Shown here piece by piece: positions 1-9,749 of a stretch of 23,212 nt of DNA. Each line of letters starts with the position of its first letter. The stretch's first letter is position 1. Where the stretch lies: NCBI GenBank assembly GCA_049699855.1, contig JBNAWM010000010.1:1-23212 (forward strand), in the 5' to 3' direction. Below the pieces are notes generated by a model that did no database searches, was not told the origin of the DNA, and was given only the letters and a program-made list of their open reading frames with translations. The stretch comes from Candidatus Cryosericum sp. (GTDB taxonomy: Bacteria; Caldisericota; Caldisericia; Cryosericales; Cryosericaceae). A program made the position numbers and the translations under genes.

Positions 1-2
1 CT

Positions 3-509
3 GGAGGGTGGATCGTGGCATCTTCCCGCAACGGACCCGCAGGCGACCATGGGGCCACCTTTGACATCTACCTGCCGCGCTGTCTGGAGGCCCCAACTCC
101 ACCTCGGACCACAGGTCAGGCATTGGGCAGTGTGTGCAGGGGGACCGTGCTGGTGGTGGAAGATGAACCCGTGGTGGCAGGGGTCGCCCGCGCATTTCTT
201 GAGAAGAGCGGGTGCAGTGTCCTGAGCGCGGGGGATGGCTCTGCGGCCATGGCCATCCTGCAGGAGGAGCATGCGAACATTGGGCTCGTCCTGCTGGACA
301 TGACCATGCCGGGCATGACCACCAGCGAGATCGTGCATGCTATCAGGAGCCTGGATCCAGCCCTGCCGATTTTGCTGAGTTCAGGAAACACGTCTAGTGG
401 CATTGTGGAAGACCTGCTGGAGGCAGGCGCCGTGCAGGGGTTCCTGGAAAAGCCCTACACCCTGGCCCAGCTGACGGACAGGGTGATGAGCCTGATCCGC
501 AGCATGTAG
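3..509 (+). CDS. Hybrid sensor histidine kinase/response regulator, C-terminal part (5' truncated by the window edge)
   Basis: The frame is open from position 3 and reads GGWIVASS...GATFDIYLP (end of a HATPase_c domain), followed by a receiver domain: VLVVEDE, LVLLDMTMPG (phosphoacceptor Asp), FLEKPY. The GTG at 15 is internal. Confidence 0.88.
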   Translation, partial: GGWIVASSRNGPAGDHGATFDIYLPRCLEAPTPPRTTGQALGSVCRGTVLVVEDEPVVAGVARAFLEKSGCSVLSAGDGSAAMAILQEEHANIGLVLLDMTMPGMTTSEIVHAIRSLDPALPILLSSGNTSSGIVEDLLEAGAVQGFLEKPYTLAQLTDRVMSLIRSM

Positions 510-568
510 GTCGGGCAGTCTAGTAGACAAGCGATGCTTGCGTGAAATCAGAAAGAGGAGGGGGCGGC

Positions 569-1229
569 ATGGCAACGGAATGGATACGCTTGGGCTGGAA
601 CAAGGCACGCAGGTGGGTGTGGGCATTCTTTCCCGCACTTCTCCTGCAATGGCTGCTGGGCAGCGGGGTCACATGGCATCGTGAGCTGGATGGTCAGTAC
701 AGCTTCCACCTTTGGTGGCACAGCTTGGGCGTCCTCGGACCGGAGCTCGTCTTCACGGCCGTTTTCGTCAGTATCCTTGGGTACGTCCTTTCGCGGTGGG
801 TCGAGATGGGCATCCTTCACGGATCGGTGAAGGTGGCGCGTGACGAGGAAGTGACCGCGCGTGATTTTTTTTGTATCCGGGAAGAGGCTGGGCAGCTATG
901 TGGCAGGATCACTTCTCTTTGGGTTCATCGTCGGGGTGGGCTTCATCCTGCTGGTCGTCCCGGGGTTCATCTGGGGGCTGCGCTACAGCATGTACGGTTA
1001 CTACATTGTCACGCAGGACGCCGGTCCGATGGAGGCTCTTCAGATGAGCGCCGAGGCAACCGAGGGGCACAAGCTGGAACTGCTGGGCCTGGGTGCCGCC
1101 TCTGTGGGAGTTGTCCTGCTCGGAGTGCTGTGTCTTTTCCTTGGCTTGATCTGGACGATTCCAACGGTGGACACTGCCTGGGCCGCCGCGTTTCTCAGAC
1201 TTTCGGGCGAGCAGGTGCCTCCGGCCTAG
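569..1229 (+). pseudogene. Integral membrane protein (DUF975-like), frameshifted at a T8 run (865-872)
   Basis: ATG at 569 follows AGAGGAGG. The hydrophobic N-terminal half is in the 542 frame (to ...TARDFF) and the hydrophobic C-terminal half is in the 861 frame (FFVSGKRLGSY...LLVVPGFIWGLRYSM...GPMEALQMS...GHKLEL). Removing one T gives a continuous 219-aa protein. Confidence 0.75.
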
Positions 1230-1230
1230 C

Positions 1231-2067
1231 TCAGCCGGCCATGAAGAACTCGCCGATCGCCGTGATCGCACGTGCCGTTTGAGGCAGCGGTGCCACAACA
1301 AAGTCATGGAAGAGTCCTCTCGCTTCATCCAGGCGAACCGTCGTGCCGCGGGCTTGGGCAAGCTTCTCTGCAAGCACAAGGCAGTCGGGATACAAGATGT
1401 CATTTGTGCCAGTGACGACAAGGACGTCTCCAAGATTCTCCAGATTCCCATAAATCGGTGACAGGCGTGGATCGGTGAGTGCCAGTTCCCCTGCATAGGC
1501 TCTGGCCGCGTAAGAAAGACTGCTCACTGACAGGATGAAGTCCTTTCTCTGGAGGGCCGCACTGTCGGGATTGCTCATCGTGAGGTCAACCCAGGGCGAG
1601 ACCAGCGCTGTGCGGACGGGACGGTGCCCAGCGCCTGCATTCCGCAGAACCTGCAGGAGCGCGAGTGCCAGACCGCCGCCGGCCGAATCGCCAAAGAGGC
1701 AGAATTCATGATCGGGATACCGTGCGGCAACCTCCTCATAGGCCTTCAGCACAACCCTGTGGGTGGTCGTGGCAGTGTACTCGGGCGCAAGGGGATAGTC
1801 AAAGGAGGTGACGTGCAGTCCGAAGTCCTGGACAAAGCGTTTGATGATCCGCAGGTGCCCTGCCGAAGCTTCGGCGACATAGGCGCCGCCGTGCAGAAAG
1901 AACACATGGCGCTTGTTCTCTGCTCTGCCCTTGACGGACAGCAGATGAAAGCCGTCGACCTCGCTGTCCTGTCCGACAAAGCTTGCACCAAGCCTCTCTG
2001 CGTAGACGGCCTTGCCGCCTCGTGCCGGGTTCTTGAACATGCGGGCAACGAGGGCGTTGGTGATCAT
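1231..2067 (-). CDS. Alpha/beta hydrolase, HSL-family (family IV) esterase/lipase, 278 aa
   Basis: HGGAY oxyanion motif, DYPLAPE, GDSAGGGL nucleophile elbow, SPWVDL, D in NDIL, H in LFHDF. ATG at 2067 overlaps the SDR stop codon (ATGA). Confidence 0.92.
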   Translation of the reverse strand: MITNALVARMFKNPARGGKAVYAERLGASFVGQDSEVDGFHLLSVKGRAENKRHVFFLHGGAYVAEASAGHLRIIKRFVQDFGLHVTSFDYPLAPEYTATTTHRVVLKAYEEVAARYPDHEFCLFGDSAGGGLALALLQVLRNAGAGHRPVRTALVSPWVDLTMSNPDSAALQRKDFILSVSSLSYAARAYAGELALTDPRLSPIYGNLENLGDVLVVTGTNDILYPDCLVLAEKLAQARGTTVRLDEARGLFHDFVVAPLPQTARAITAIGEFFMAG

Positions 2068-2858
2068 GTGTCCAGGATCTTCCTTCTGGTGAATGGGCCT
2101 GTCACAAACCGTGCCGCTGCCTTTGCCGTGGTCAGCCACTCGAACTGCACGTTGTTCCGTGTGTTTGCAAGCATCTTTGGCACGAAGTAGCTGGCCACCG
2201 TTTCCGGCTTGTCGGCCAGCATGTTGAAGATCCTCTGAAAGCTTCGCTGACTTTCGATGGCAGGGACACTGCCATCTGGAGTCTTTTTGATGAAGTCCGT
2301 CAGGACCATCCCGGGCGAGAGCCGTCCCGCAATCACCCCGGTCCCCTCCAATTCTTTTGCGAGCCCTTTCATGAAGTAGGTCAAAGCGTGTTTCGTCATG
2401 CCGTACAGAATGGTTTTCGGCTGGAGCATGTTGTTGGAGCCGAGCCCCTCCATCGAATAGATCGCACCGCTTTTCTGCCTGATCATGCCTGCAGCTGCCA
2501 CCTGGCACCCGTAGACCACACCGTTTATGTTGGTTGCAATCGCAGCGTTTACATAGCACTCTTCCATGTTGTAGATGAACTCGTGCGGAGCATTCTGTCC
2601 CGCATTGTTGATCCAGATGTCCACGCGGCCCCATTGCTTGCTGGATTTGTCCCACAGGTTCTGCACATCACTCCTGCTCTGCACATTGCAGGGGACATAC
2701 AGCATCTGCTGCTCAAAGGACGACAATTCGGCCCGCACGCTTTCGGGCAGCTGCTCACCTCTGCCCGACAGGGTGACATTGCAGCCACGTCGCAGAAACT
2801 CTTTTGCCATGCAGAGGCCGATGCCTCTTGTGCTGCCCGTTATGACGACATTTTTCAT
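2064..2858 (-). CDS. Short-chain dehydrogenase/reductase (SDR), resembling the NOL/NYC1 chlorophyll b reductase-like clade
   Basis: TGSTRGIG Rossmann motif, WINNAG, catalytic YGMTK (YxxxK), LSPGMVLTD; GAGGT RBS upstream. Confidence 0.93.
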   Translation of the reverse strand: MKNVVITGSTRGIGLCMAKEFLRRGCNVTLSGRGEQLPESVRAELSSFEQQMLYVPCNVQSRSDVQNLWDKSSKQWGRVDIWINNAGQNAPHEFIYNMEECYVNAAIATNINGVVYGCQVAAAGMIRQKSGAIYSMEGLGSNNMLQPKTILYGMTKHALTYFMKGLAKELEGTGVIAGRLSPGMVLTDFIKKTPDGSVPAIESQRSFQRIFNMLADKPETVASYFVPKMLANTRNNVQFEWLTTAKAAARFVTGPFTRRKILDT

Positions 2859-2937
2859 GGTGTACCTCGCCTGAGCGTGTCCTTTCCCTGCTTGTGGCTG
2901 CTCGCAGTCTGTTCCGGAAATCCTGCCGGGCCTGTCA

Positions 2938-4536
2938 TCAGGAATACATCTTCTGGTAGTACTCCTCGACCATGCGCGCTGCCGAGAACTGGTGCTGGGC
3001 CATGTCGATGCTGGCGTGCATCATGGCGACCCATGTATCGCGGTGGCTTTCATAGGTGGGGAGGACCTCTCCGGTGAGAACCTGGTAGAGGGAGGTGACG
3101 TCCACCTGGTTGGCGTTCGACCCTTCATAGCCGCCGCCGAACTGCCACCCGTTGACTCCATGCTTGCATCCTTCGGGCCACCAGCCGTCGAGCGTGCTCA
3201 GATTGAGCACGCCATTCATGGCAGCTTTCATGCCGGACGTTCCACTCGCTTCCATCGGCCGCACAGGATTGTTGAGCCAGACGTCGCATCCGCGCGTCAG
3301 CATCTTGCCGATGGCCATGTCATAGTCCTGCAGGAAGACAACGCGGTCCGGAAACTCCTTGGCAATGCGGACGATGTTGGTGATGGTCCCCTTGCCGGCC
3401 ATGTCGTTTGGATGAGCTTTTCCGGACAGGACAATCTGCAGCCTGTGGTTCTGCAGCAAGTCACCAATCAGGTTGCGGTCCGAGAAGATGAGGTCACTGC
3501 GCTTGTAGGGTGTCGCGCGCCGGGCAAACCCTATGGTCAGCACCTTTTCGTCGAAACTCACCCCATTGCTTCGTTCGATGCTCTCGATCATCGAGCGCTT
3601 GAGGGCCATGTGCGCTGCCCACAGGTCGCCGCCGCCCTGGTGCGCCTGCATGATGGTCGCGTCCTGCCAGGTGCCGTTGTGGACCCCGTTGGTGATGGAA
3701 AGGATGTCGGCTCCGCCGGGAATGTTCTTCCACATCTCACGGGCTGTGTGCCCATGCAGCTGGGAGACGGCGTTTGCCTTGCGCGACAGACGGATGCCTG
3801 CAGCGGTCATGCTGAACGGGTCGCCACCGAGGGTGGTGATCTGCTCGCGGGTCAGACCGTCATACGCGTTCATGTACTGCAGCATGCGGTGCGGGTGCAC
3901 CTCATTGCCGGCAGCAACCGGTGTGTGGGTGGTGAAGACGATGTGCTGCTTGACTGACCACAGCGCATCCAGAAAGGGCACTCCGTTGGCCATCTGCTGG
4001 CGGATCAGCTCGACGCCTGCAAAGACCGCGTGGCTGTCGTTGAAGTGATAAATGTCCACGCCGATGCCAAGTGCCTGAAGGGCGCGGACGCCGCCAATGC
4101 CAAGGATCATCTCCTGAGCGATGCGCTCTTCCTCGAAGCCGCCGTACAGCTGTGCTGTCAGGTTCCAGCCGGCATTGTCGGGCAGGTACGTGTCCAGCAG
4201 ATACAGGGGGACATTGCCGAAGGCGGTGCACTTCCAGACTTTGGCTCGCACCTGCAATTCCTGAATGGGAACGGTGACGACGATGCCCGTGTCTTCGAGG
4301 AAGTCGTACCGGTACTCGTGGTAGCAGTCATAGGGTCGGTCGTTCTCGTCGATCAGCTGTTCCGTGTAGTCCTGGCGCCACAGGATTCCGATCCCGACCA
4401 TGGGACGGTGCTCGTCACCCGCAGCTTTCAGGATATCGCCGGCCAGAATGCCCAGACCGCCGGCATAAATGTGCAGATTCTCGTGCAAACCATATTCCAT
4501 GCAGAAATAGGCGACACGGGGCATTGATTCACCCAT
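2938..4536 (-). CDS. glgP: Alpha-glucan (maltodextrin/glycogen) phosphorylase, GT35, compact form, 532 aa
   Basis: AYFCMEYG, YAGGLGILAGD, FTTHTPV, ITNGVH, GFARRATPYKR, GKAHP, PLP-binding EASGTSGMKAAMNG, LDGWW; GGAGG RBS at 4543-4547. Confidence 0.95.
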   Translation of the reverse strand: MGESMPRVAYFCMEYGLHENLHIYAGGLGILAGDILKAAGDEHRPMVGIGILWRQDYTEQLIDENDRPYDCYHEYRYDFLEDTGIVVTVPIQELQVRAKVWKCTAFGNVPLYLLDTYLPDNAGWNLTAQLYGGFEEERIAQEMILGIGGVRALQALGIGVDIYHFNDSHAVFAGVELIRQQMANGVPFLDALWSVKQHIVFTTHTPVAAGNEVHPHRMLQYMNAYDGLTREQITTLGGDPFSMTAAGIRLSRKANAVSQLHGHTAREMWKNIPGGADILSITNGVHNGTWQDATIMQAHQGGGDLWAAHMALKRSMIESIERSNGVSFDEKVLTIGFARRATPYKRSDLIFSDRNLIGDLLQNHRLQIVLSGKAHPNDMAGKGTITNIVRIAKEFPDRVVFLQDYDMAIGKMLTRGCDVWLNNPVRPMEASGTSGMKAAMNGVLNLSTLDGWWPEGCKHGVNGWQFGGGYEGSNANQVDVTSLYQVLTGEVLPTYESHRDTWVAMMHASIDMAQHQFSAARMVEEYYQKMYS

Positions 4537-4548
4537 TGCAAACCTCCG

Positions 4549-6558
4549 TCATTCTCCAAGTTTCATGACCACCGCCTGGCAAGGCTGAAGTGGGAGTTCC
4601 TCATCTGAGGAGACCACTCGCCCACCGGGGCCATGTGTATCGTACAAGATTGCAGCTCTTTGTCCAGCAGAAAACGCCAGAGGGCACATCCGCAGAGGCG
4701 CAAGCGACGCACTCATCGTCAGCGAGCAATTTGCCGCGACAACCAGACCGCCAAGAGCCACGTCATGATAGCAGAGCATCACCAAGTTCCCAGAGTGGAA
4801 AGGCTCCGGCTGCTTCACGAAGTTCGCAGGGCTGGCCAGAAGCGCGTGGTAGCGTCTGCGCAGATGGAGCGTCTCGTGAAGCGTTCTGTCCACGAATGTC
4901 TCCGGCGTTCCCCAGTGAAGCCAGGCTGGGTCGAAGAAGGCGAGTCTCCCATACATCGGGTCATCGCGTGGCAGGACCCAGCGGCCCTCCTCGGTGTTGT
5001 CCAGACCGAGGTTCATGGGCTGGACTTCCAGCAGTTCCTGACCGCTGTTGATGGAGGGGACAGCGTTGGGCATGAAGGCATTGAGGGTCAGTGCCAGCTT
5101 CAGCGAGGCCGCGTCGGGATGAATCAGTGCCGACCGGGGCGTGTCGGGGGTTTCGAGGGATGCCACGACGGGGATGGGCGAGGCAAGAAAGGTGCTGCGC
5201 AGAATGGACGACGCGAAGTCGGGGTCATGGATCCTTTTGTACGCATCATAGGTGAATCCACTGAGAAGGTCGAAGCCTTCCGACTGCGCCTGTCCTCCCC
5301 TGCTGGCGCCCAGCTCCTCCGACCACAGCAGGAACTTGGGGTCAACCTCTCGGATGCGTTGTACCATGAGAGCATTGAGCCTCGAAGGCATCGCGTGTGC
5401 CATGTCGATGCGCGCTCCGTCGATGCCAAACGTCTGCCGGTAATAGGGAAGCACGCCAATCGTGTAGTCCCACAGTTCCTCATTGGGAACGGTTCCGGGA
5501 TACCTGTCGAGTGAAGCGCCATCCTGCATGACAAAGGGGGACTGGTGCTCCGGGACGTAGGGGGCGGCTGCGGGCGCAGTGTCGAAGTAGAAACGCAGGT
5601 ACGTGGCATCGGTCCACGGCGGCTGCTGGTCGTTGATGATGTCTGAAAACCCCGGTACCGTCGTGACGCCGAATTCCTCTTCGATGACATCCAGGGGATT
5701 GCGCGCAGTCTGCGCATGAATGCCTGCCCAGCGCTGGGGATCGATGCGGTTGGGCGCTTCAGTGAACTGCGCCAGGTACGCGGGGATCCCGGGCGACGTA
5801 TACAGCTCTCGCAGTGTTGCATCGTCAAGCCACCGCATCGCCTTTCCATCGCCCAGCGATGGAGGGCGGAACGCATCGGCGTCCTCTTTTCGAATCCAGC
5901 AGAACCAGTCAGGGTGATCGGCAATGAGAGCGCTGTCCCTGGCAGCAGTCCGAAATGCGAAGTCCAGCACCACCTTCATGCCCAGCCAGTGGCAGAGATC
6001 GACGAACGCGCGGAACTCCAAGTTGAGCAGTTCATCGGAGCACTCGCCCAGGAGAGGATCGTGAAGCGAGGGGTCCAGGCGATAGATGTTGCTGATTGCG
6101 TAGGGACTGCCCAGCTGGCCCTTGCGGTAGCGATCGCCAGTTGCAAACACGGGCAGGAGGTACACCAGGGTTACATCATAGCGCTCCAGCAGCGGCAGGA
6201 GGGCCATCGCCTTCAGGAAGGTGCCTGAACTGAGATCTGCGGCACCGAGATGCGGCCAGGCAGTGAATGACCGCACGAGCATGCCATAGATGATGTCCTC
6301 GGCCAGAGGTCTGTTGCGTGCAGCATCGGTCAGCGCCGGGCTCCCCAGCTGGAGCGCACTCTGGATGGCGGCGGCGAAGAAGTCGTACGGGTCCACTTCC
6401 AGCTCGTGCGGCCGTGCGGGGTGGGTTGTGCCACCCTGATATCCCGGGGGATTCCAGCGCTCAGGAACAAACCACCGCGGACTCGCGGGGCCGGGCCTGT
6501 TCTTCAGCATGTCAAGCAGGCGCTGGACGCTGTCGGGGGCTCCGGCGGGCACGTTCAC
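4549..6558 (-). CDS. GH13 maltodextrin glycosyltransferase / maltosyltransferase-like protein
   Basis: YLLPV...KG.LGSPY, LDFAFRT (atypical region I), ARIDMAHA (nucleophile), LWSEE (acid/base), LETPDTPR (atypical region IV), PMNLGLD, LAFFD. This pattern matches my recollection of Thermotoga maltosyltransferase. GTG start overlaps the upstream stop (GTGA). Confidence 0.8.
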   Translation of the reverse strand: MNVPAGAPDSVQRLLDMLKNRPGPASPRWFVPERWNPPGYQGGTTHPARPHELEVDPYDFFAAAIQSALQLGSPALTDAARNRPLAEDIIYGMLVRSFTAWPHLGAADLSSGTFLKAMALLPLLERYDVTLVYLLPVFATGDRYRKGQLGSPYAISNIYRLDPSLHDPLLGECSDELLNLEFRAFVDLCHWLGMKVVLDFAFRTAARDSALIADHPDWFCWIRKEDADAFRPPSLGDGKAMRWLDDATLRELYTSPGIPAYLAQFTEAPNRIDPQRWAGIHAQTARNPLDVIEEEFGVTTVPGFSDIINDQQPPWTDATYLRFYFDTAPAAAPYVPEHQSPFVMQDGASLDRYPGTVPNEELWDYTIGVLPYYRQTFGIDGARIDMAHAMPSRLNALMVQRIREVDPKFLLWSEELGASRGGQAQSEGFDLLSGFTYDAYKRIHDPDFASSILRSTFLASPIPVVASLETPDTPRSALIHPDAASLKLALTLNAFMPNAVPSINSGQELLEVQPMNLGLDNTEEGRWVLPRDDPMYGRLAFFDPAWLHWGTPETFVDRTLHETLHLRRRYHALLASPANFVKQPEPFHSGNLVMLCYHDVALGGLVVAANCSLTMSASLAPLRMCPLAFSAGQRAAILYDTHGPGGRVVSSDEELPLQPCQAVVMKLGE

Positions 6559-8162
6559 TTCAACACCGCAATGGACATGGGCGGCAGGCTCAGGCTGTCA
6601 CCACGCAGGGTAACTGCCGCTCCGGTCGTCGAGAGGTAACCGCGGATGCCCGTATAGTGGTTTGCCGACGGACCAAATGTCACCGTCATCCGCTTCTCGG
6701 ATGTGTTGATCACCAGAATGATACGAGAGCCATGCCAGGTCTTCTCGACGGCGCAGACCTCTGGGTCCGGAAAGGGGTCCAGCAGCGTCACCGTACCGCG
6801 CCCAATCTCGGGGTTCTCGTTGCGGAGGCGTATTGCCTGCCGATAGTAAGAGTACAGGGAGGCCGGATCCTTCTCCTGGACATCCAGCGGTGGAAACAGC
6901 GGGACGGGAGGGTCCATCCCGGGAGGTCCCTTTGTCATGCCTGTCTTCACCATGCTGGACCACAGGAAGGGGCCACGTTTGTCCTGATCGATGCGTGAGC
7001 CTGTCATGCCAATCTCCTCGCCGTAGTACAAAAACGGTCCACCGCTCATGGTCAGGTACAGGCCACCCGCCATTTTCGTCTTCTGCTCGTCGCCCGAAAA
7101 GAATCCTGCCGGCCTGGCCGTGTCATGGTTGCCGATGAATGGCGCGTCGATTGCCTCTTTGTTGTATTCCTTCAGCATCTTCTGCCAGGTGACCGTTGCG
7201 GAGCAGAAGGATTTCGCAGACGCGTCCGGCCCCGTTCCATTGAGGGTGGTGGCAACAATGCCGGTTGCCTGCGCGAAGGGGAAGGCAAAGAAGCTTGTCG
7301 CATGGCTTTGATAGTATTCTGCAATCGTTGTGGCATTGCTCCAGACTTCGCCGACAAGGTAGACGGCAGGGTCGATGGTGCGGCAGTAATCGGTGAGCCA
7401 GTTCACGAATGCGACATTCTTGCCAGTATCTCCTGAACCGCTCCCGCCATAGTAGTACAGGACAGCGTCAAGGCGGAAGCCGTCGATCCCCTTGTCCAGC
7501 CAGAAGCGCGTGATCTCCTGAATCTGCGTACGCAGGGCTGGATTGTCCAGATTGAGGTCCGGCATCGTGGGACCAAACTGATCCTCATAGTACCAGTCTG
7601 TCGTTCCGACCTGGGCGTAGCTGCCGATGGAAGGCCTGCCCCGCACGAAGTTGTAGTAGCCAAGATAGGGATTTGCGGCCGGGTGGTCGGGATTCTGCTG
7701 CAGGGCAGCGGTTGCTGACAGAAACCACGGGTGCTGCGAGGAGGTGTGATTCAACTCGTAGTCGATGATGAGGCGGATGCCGCGCTGGTGGCAGGCGGAA
7801 ACGAGGCCTTCGAGGTCGCCCAATGTTCCATAGGAAGGGTCCACGTCCTCGTAGTTGGTGACGTCATACTTGTGGTAGGAGGGTGATGGCATGATGGGCA
7901 TCAGCCACAAGCCATTGATGCCCAATCCGCCGCCCTTGCCGTCGTTGAGGTAGTCCAGCTTGGCGATGAGCCCGTTCAGGTCACCCGTTCCATCGCCGTT
8001 CGAGTCATAGAATGAGGGAACGAAGACCTCGTACCAGGTGCGGCATGCATCATCGATAACATTCAGCGGCTGCTCGTACCGGTAGCGGGCGGTTCCCGTG
8101 CAGCCAGCAGCAAAGAGAGAGACGGCAAGAAGCAGAGCGATCAGCCGGAGAAATCTCTTCAC
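6555..8162 (-). CDS. Lipoprotein alpha-amylase, GH13 (AmyA-like)
   Basis: Signal peptide with lipobox FAAG-C; SFYDSNGDGTGDLNG, SYHKYDV, LNHTS, MPDLN, GFRLDA, VGEVW, GNHD, YYGEEIGM. Confidence 0.93.
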   Translation of the reverse strand: MKRFLRLIALLLAVSLFAAGCTGTARYRYEQPLNVIDDACRTWYEVFVPSFYDSNGDGTGDLNGLIAKLDYLNDGKGGGLGINGLWLMPIMPSPSYHKYDVTNYEDVDPSYGTLGDLEGLVSACHQRGIRLIIDYELNHTSSQHPWFLSATAALQQNPDHPAANPYLGYYNFVRGRPSIGSYAQVGTTDWYYEDQFGPTMPDLNLDNPALRTQIQEITRFWLDKGIDGFRLDAVLYYYGGSGSGDTGKNVAFVNWLTDYCRTIDPAVYLVGEVWSNATTIAEYYQSHATSFFAFPFAQATGIVATTLNGTGPDASAKSFCSATVTWQKMLKEYNKEAIDAPFIGNHDTARPAGFFSGDEQKTKMAGGLYLTMSGGPFLYYGEEIGMTGSRIDQDKRGPFLWSSMVKTGMTKGPPGMDPPVPLFPPLDVQEKDPASLYSYYRQAIRLRNENPEIGRGTVTLLDPFPDPEVCAVEKTWHGSRIILVINTSEKRMTVTFGPSANHYTGIRGYLSTTGAAVTLRGDSLSLPPMSIAVLK

Positions 8163-8170
8163 GACATCCT

Positions 8171-9721
8171 CTATGGCTGGATCACGACAAAAGACAAGGG
8201 AGCCATCCTTGTTTCGCGTTCGGCGCGCGCTGGCAGCTCTCCCAGGGAGAAGAGTACGTTGCCGGGGAGTCCGACGGGGGCAGTGGCCATGTGGGGCGAG
8301 GGATTGACGGCGATGAGCAGGTTTCCCCGTCGATAGACAAACGGATAGCTCTCCGGCTGGGCATACAGGACCTCAAACGATCCCTCAGCCTGCAGGTCGG
8401 CCAGGGTATGGCGGAGATGGATGACGTTTCGTACCGTGTTCAGGAGCGAGTCGACGTCACTCTCCTGCGCTTCAACGGTGGGCGCATCCGGGCTGGTGTC
8501 CACCGGCAGATACAACGAGTCTGCGGGAGCACTCGAGAAGCCGTGTGTGGCACCGGGACCCCACTGCATCGGTGTCCGCGATCCGGTGCGGTCATAGCCG
8601 CCCTCTTTGCTGACCAGTCCTTCCACGAACCGCATGCCAATCTCATCGCCGTAGTAGAGGAATGGAACACCGGGCATGGTGAAGAGGAACGCGTAGGCAA
8701 GCTTCAGTTGAGTCACGTCCAGAAATCGCCGCATCCTCGGAGTGTCGTGGTTTCCGGTGATGAAGCTGATGAAGCCCAGTCCCCGTGCGTCCTCGCAGCG
8801 CTTCAGGTAATCGGAGACAAAGAGACTGATGTCGCCATGTCCCTCGCTGCCAAAAAAGCCCATGGGCGCACCCGTGCGCAGGTCCGTGCGCCGGAACAGG
8901 GCGCGATACCCGTTGTCTTCGTGATCCAAGTAGAAATCTGCGTGAAAGCCGGCCCGCAGTGCGCGCGCCGGGTCGGACCATTCGGATACCAAGGCAGCCT
9001 CAGGATATTCTTTGTCCAGCATGGCGCGTATATCGCGCCAGACGGCCGAGGTAGCCTGCTTGTCGTCGTCGTTCTTGACCAGTGAATCAGCCATGTCCAC
9101 CCTGAAGCCGTCGCATCCCCCCTCCAGCCAGAACCGCATGACCTCTTTCATAGCATCACGCGTTGCCAGACAGTCCGGATGCGAAGCCGGCAGCTGCCAG
9201 CGTTCGGTGACGTGCGCAAAACCGTAGTTGAGTGCGGGCTGGGTGCTGAAGAAATTCACAACGTAGTTGCCGTTTCGGGGCACACTGCCGCTGATGCACC
9301 GCAAGTCACGGGGCACTGTCCAGACGCTGTCCGTCCAGATGTAGCGGTTGGAGTACGAGTTTGCGGATGGCAGGGCACTTTTCTGAAACCACGGGTGCTG
9401 GTCGGAGGTATGGCCGGGCACCAGGTCCAGCAGGACGTGCATTCCGCGCGCGTGAGCTTCGGCAAAGAGACGGTAGAGGTCCTCATTGGTCCCATACCGG
9501 GGGGCGACCAATTGATAGTCGGCCACGTCGTAGCCCCCGTCGCGAAACGGCGAGACAAAGCAGGGGTTGATCCACAGCGCAGTGCAGCCGAGGCCCTGGA
9601 TGTAGTCCAGTTTCGAGATGATGCCGTTGATATCCCCGATGCCATCCCCGTTCGAGTCGCAGAACGACTGGGGATAGACCTCGTAGAAGACTGCATCATT
9701 CAGCCAGCCGGGCATGGTCAT
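8171..9721 (-). CDS. Cytoplasmic GH13 alpha-glucosidase/alpha-amylase-family protein, 516 aa
   Basis: FYEVYPQSFCDSNGDGIGD, DGGYDVAD, DLVPGHTS, QPALN, GFRVDMA, VSEW, GNHD, YYGDEIGM, RTPMQW. Start placed at ATG 9721 (MTMPGW) after AGGA. Confidence 0.92.
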   Translation of the reverse strand: MTMPGWLNDAVFYEVYPQSFCDSNGDGIGDINGIISKLDYIQGLGCTALWINPCFVSPFRDGGYDVADYQLVAPRYGTNEDLYRLFAEAHARGMHVLLDLVPGHTSDQHPWFQKSALPSANSYSNRYIWTDSVWTVPRDLRCISGSVPRNGNYVVNFFSTQPALNYGFAHVTERWQLPASHPDCLATRDAMKEVMRFWLEGGCDGFRVDMADSLVKNDDDKQATSAVWRDIRAMLDKEYPEAALVSEWSDPARALRAGFHADFYLDHEDNGYRALFRRTDLRTGAPMGFFGSEGHGDISLFVSDYLKRCEDARGLGFISFITGNHDTPRMRRFLDVTQLKLAYAFLFTMPGVPFLYYGDEIGMRFVEGLVSKEGGYDRTGSRTPMQWGPGATHGFSSAPADSLYLPVDTSPDAPTVEAQESDVDSLLNTVRNVIHLRHTLADLQAEGSFEVLYAQPESYPFVYRRGNLLIAVNPSPHMATAPVGLPGNVLFSLGELPARAERETRMAPLSFVVIQP

Positions 9722-9749
9722 TCTGTTTCCTGCGCAGGTCGGGGCCCCG

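Noticed and set aside
873..1282. C-terminal part of ORF 542..1282 as a genuine protein
   Set aside because: Out-of-frame read-through after the T8 run; it loses membrane character and overlaps the convergent gene.
2068..2655. N-terminal 196 aa of the 474-aa ORF 1231..2655
   Set aside because: Alternative frame of the SDR gene; the esterase motifs begin after the coupled ATG at 2067.
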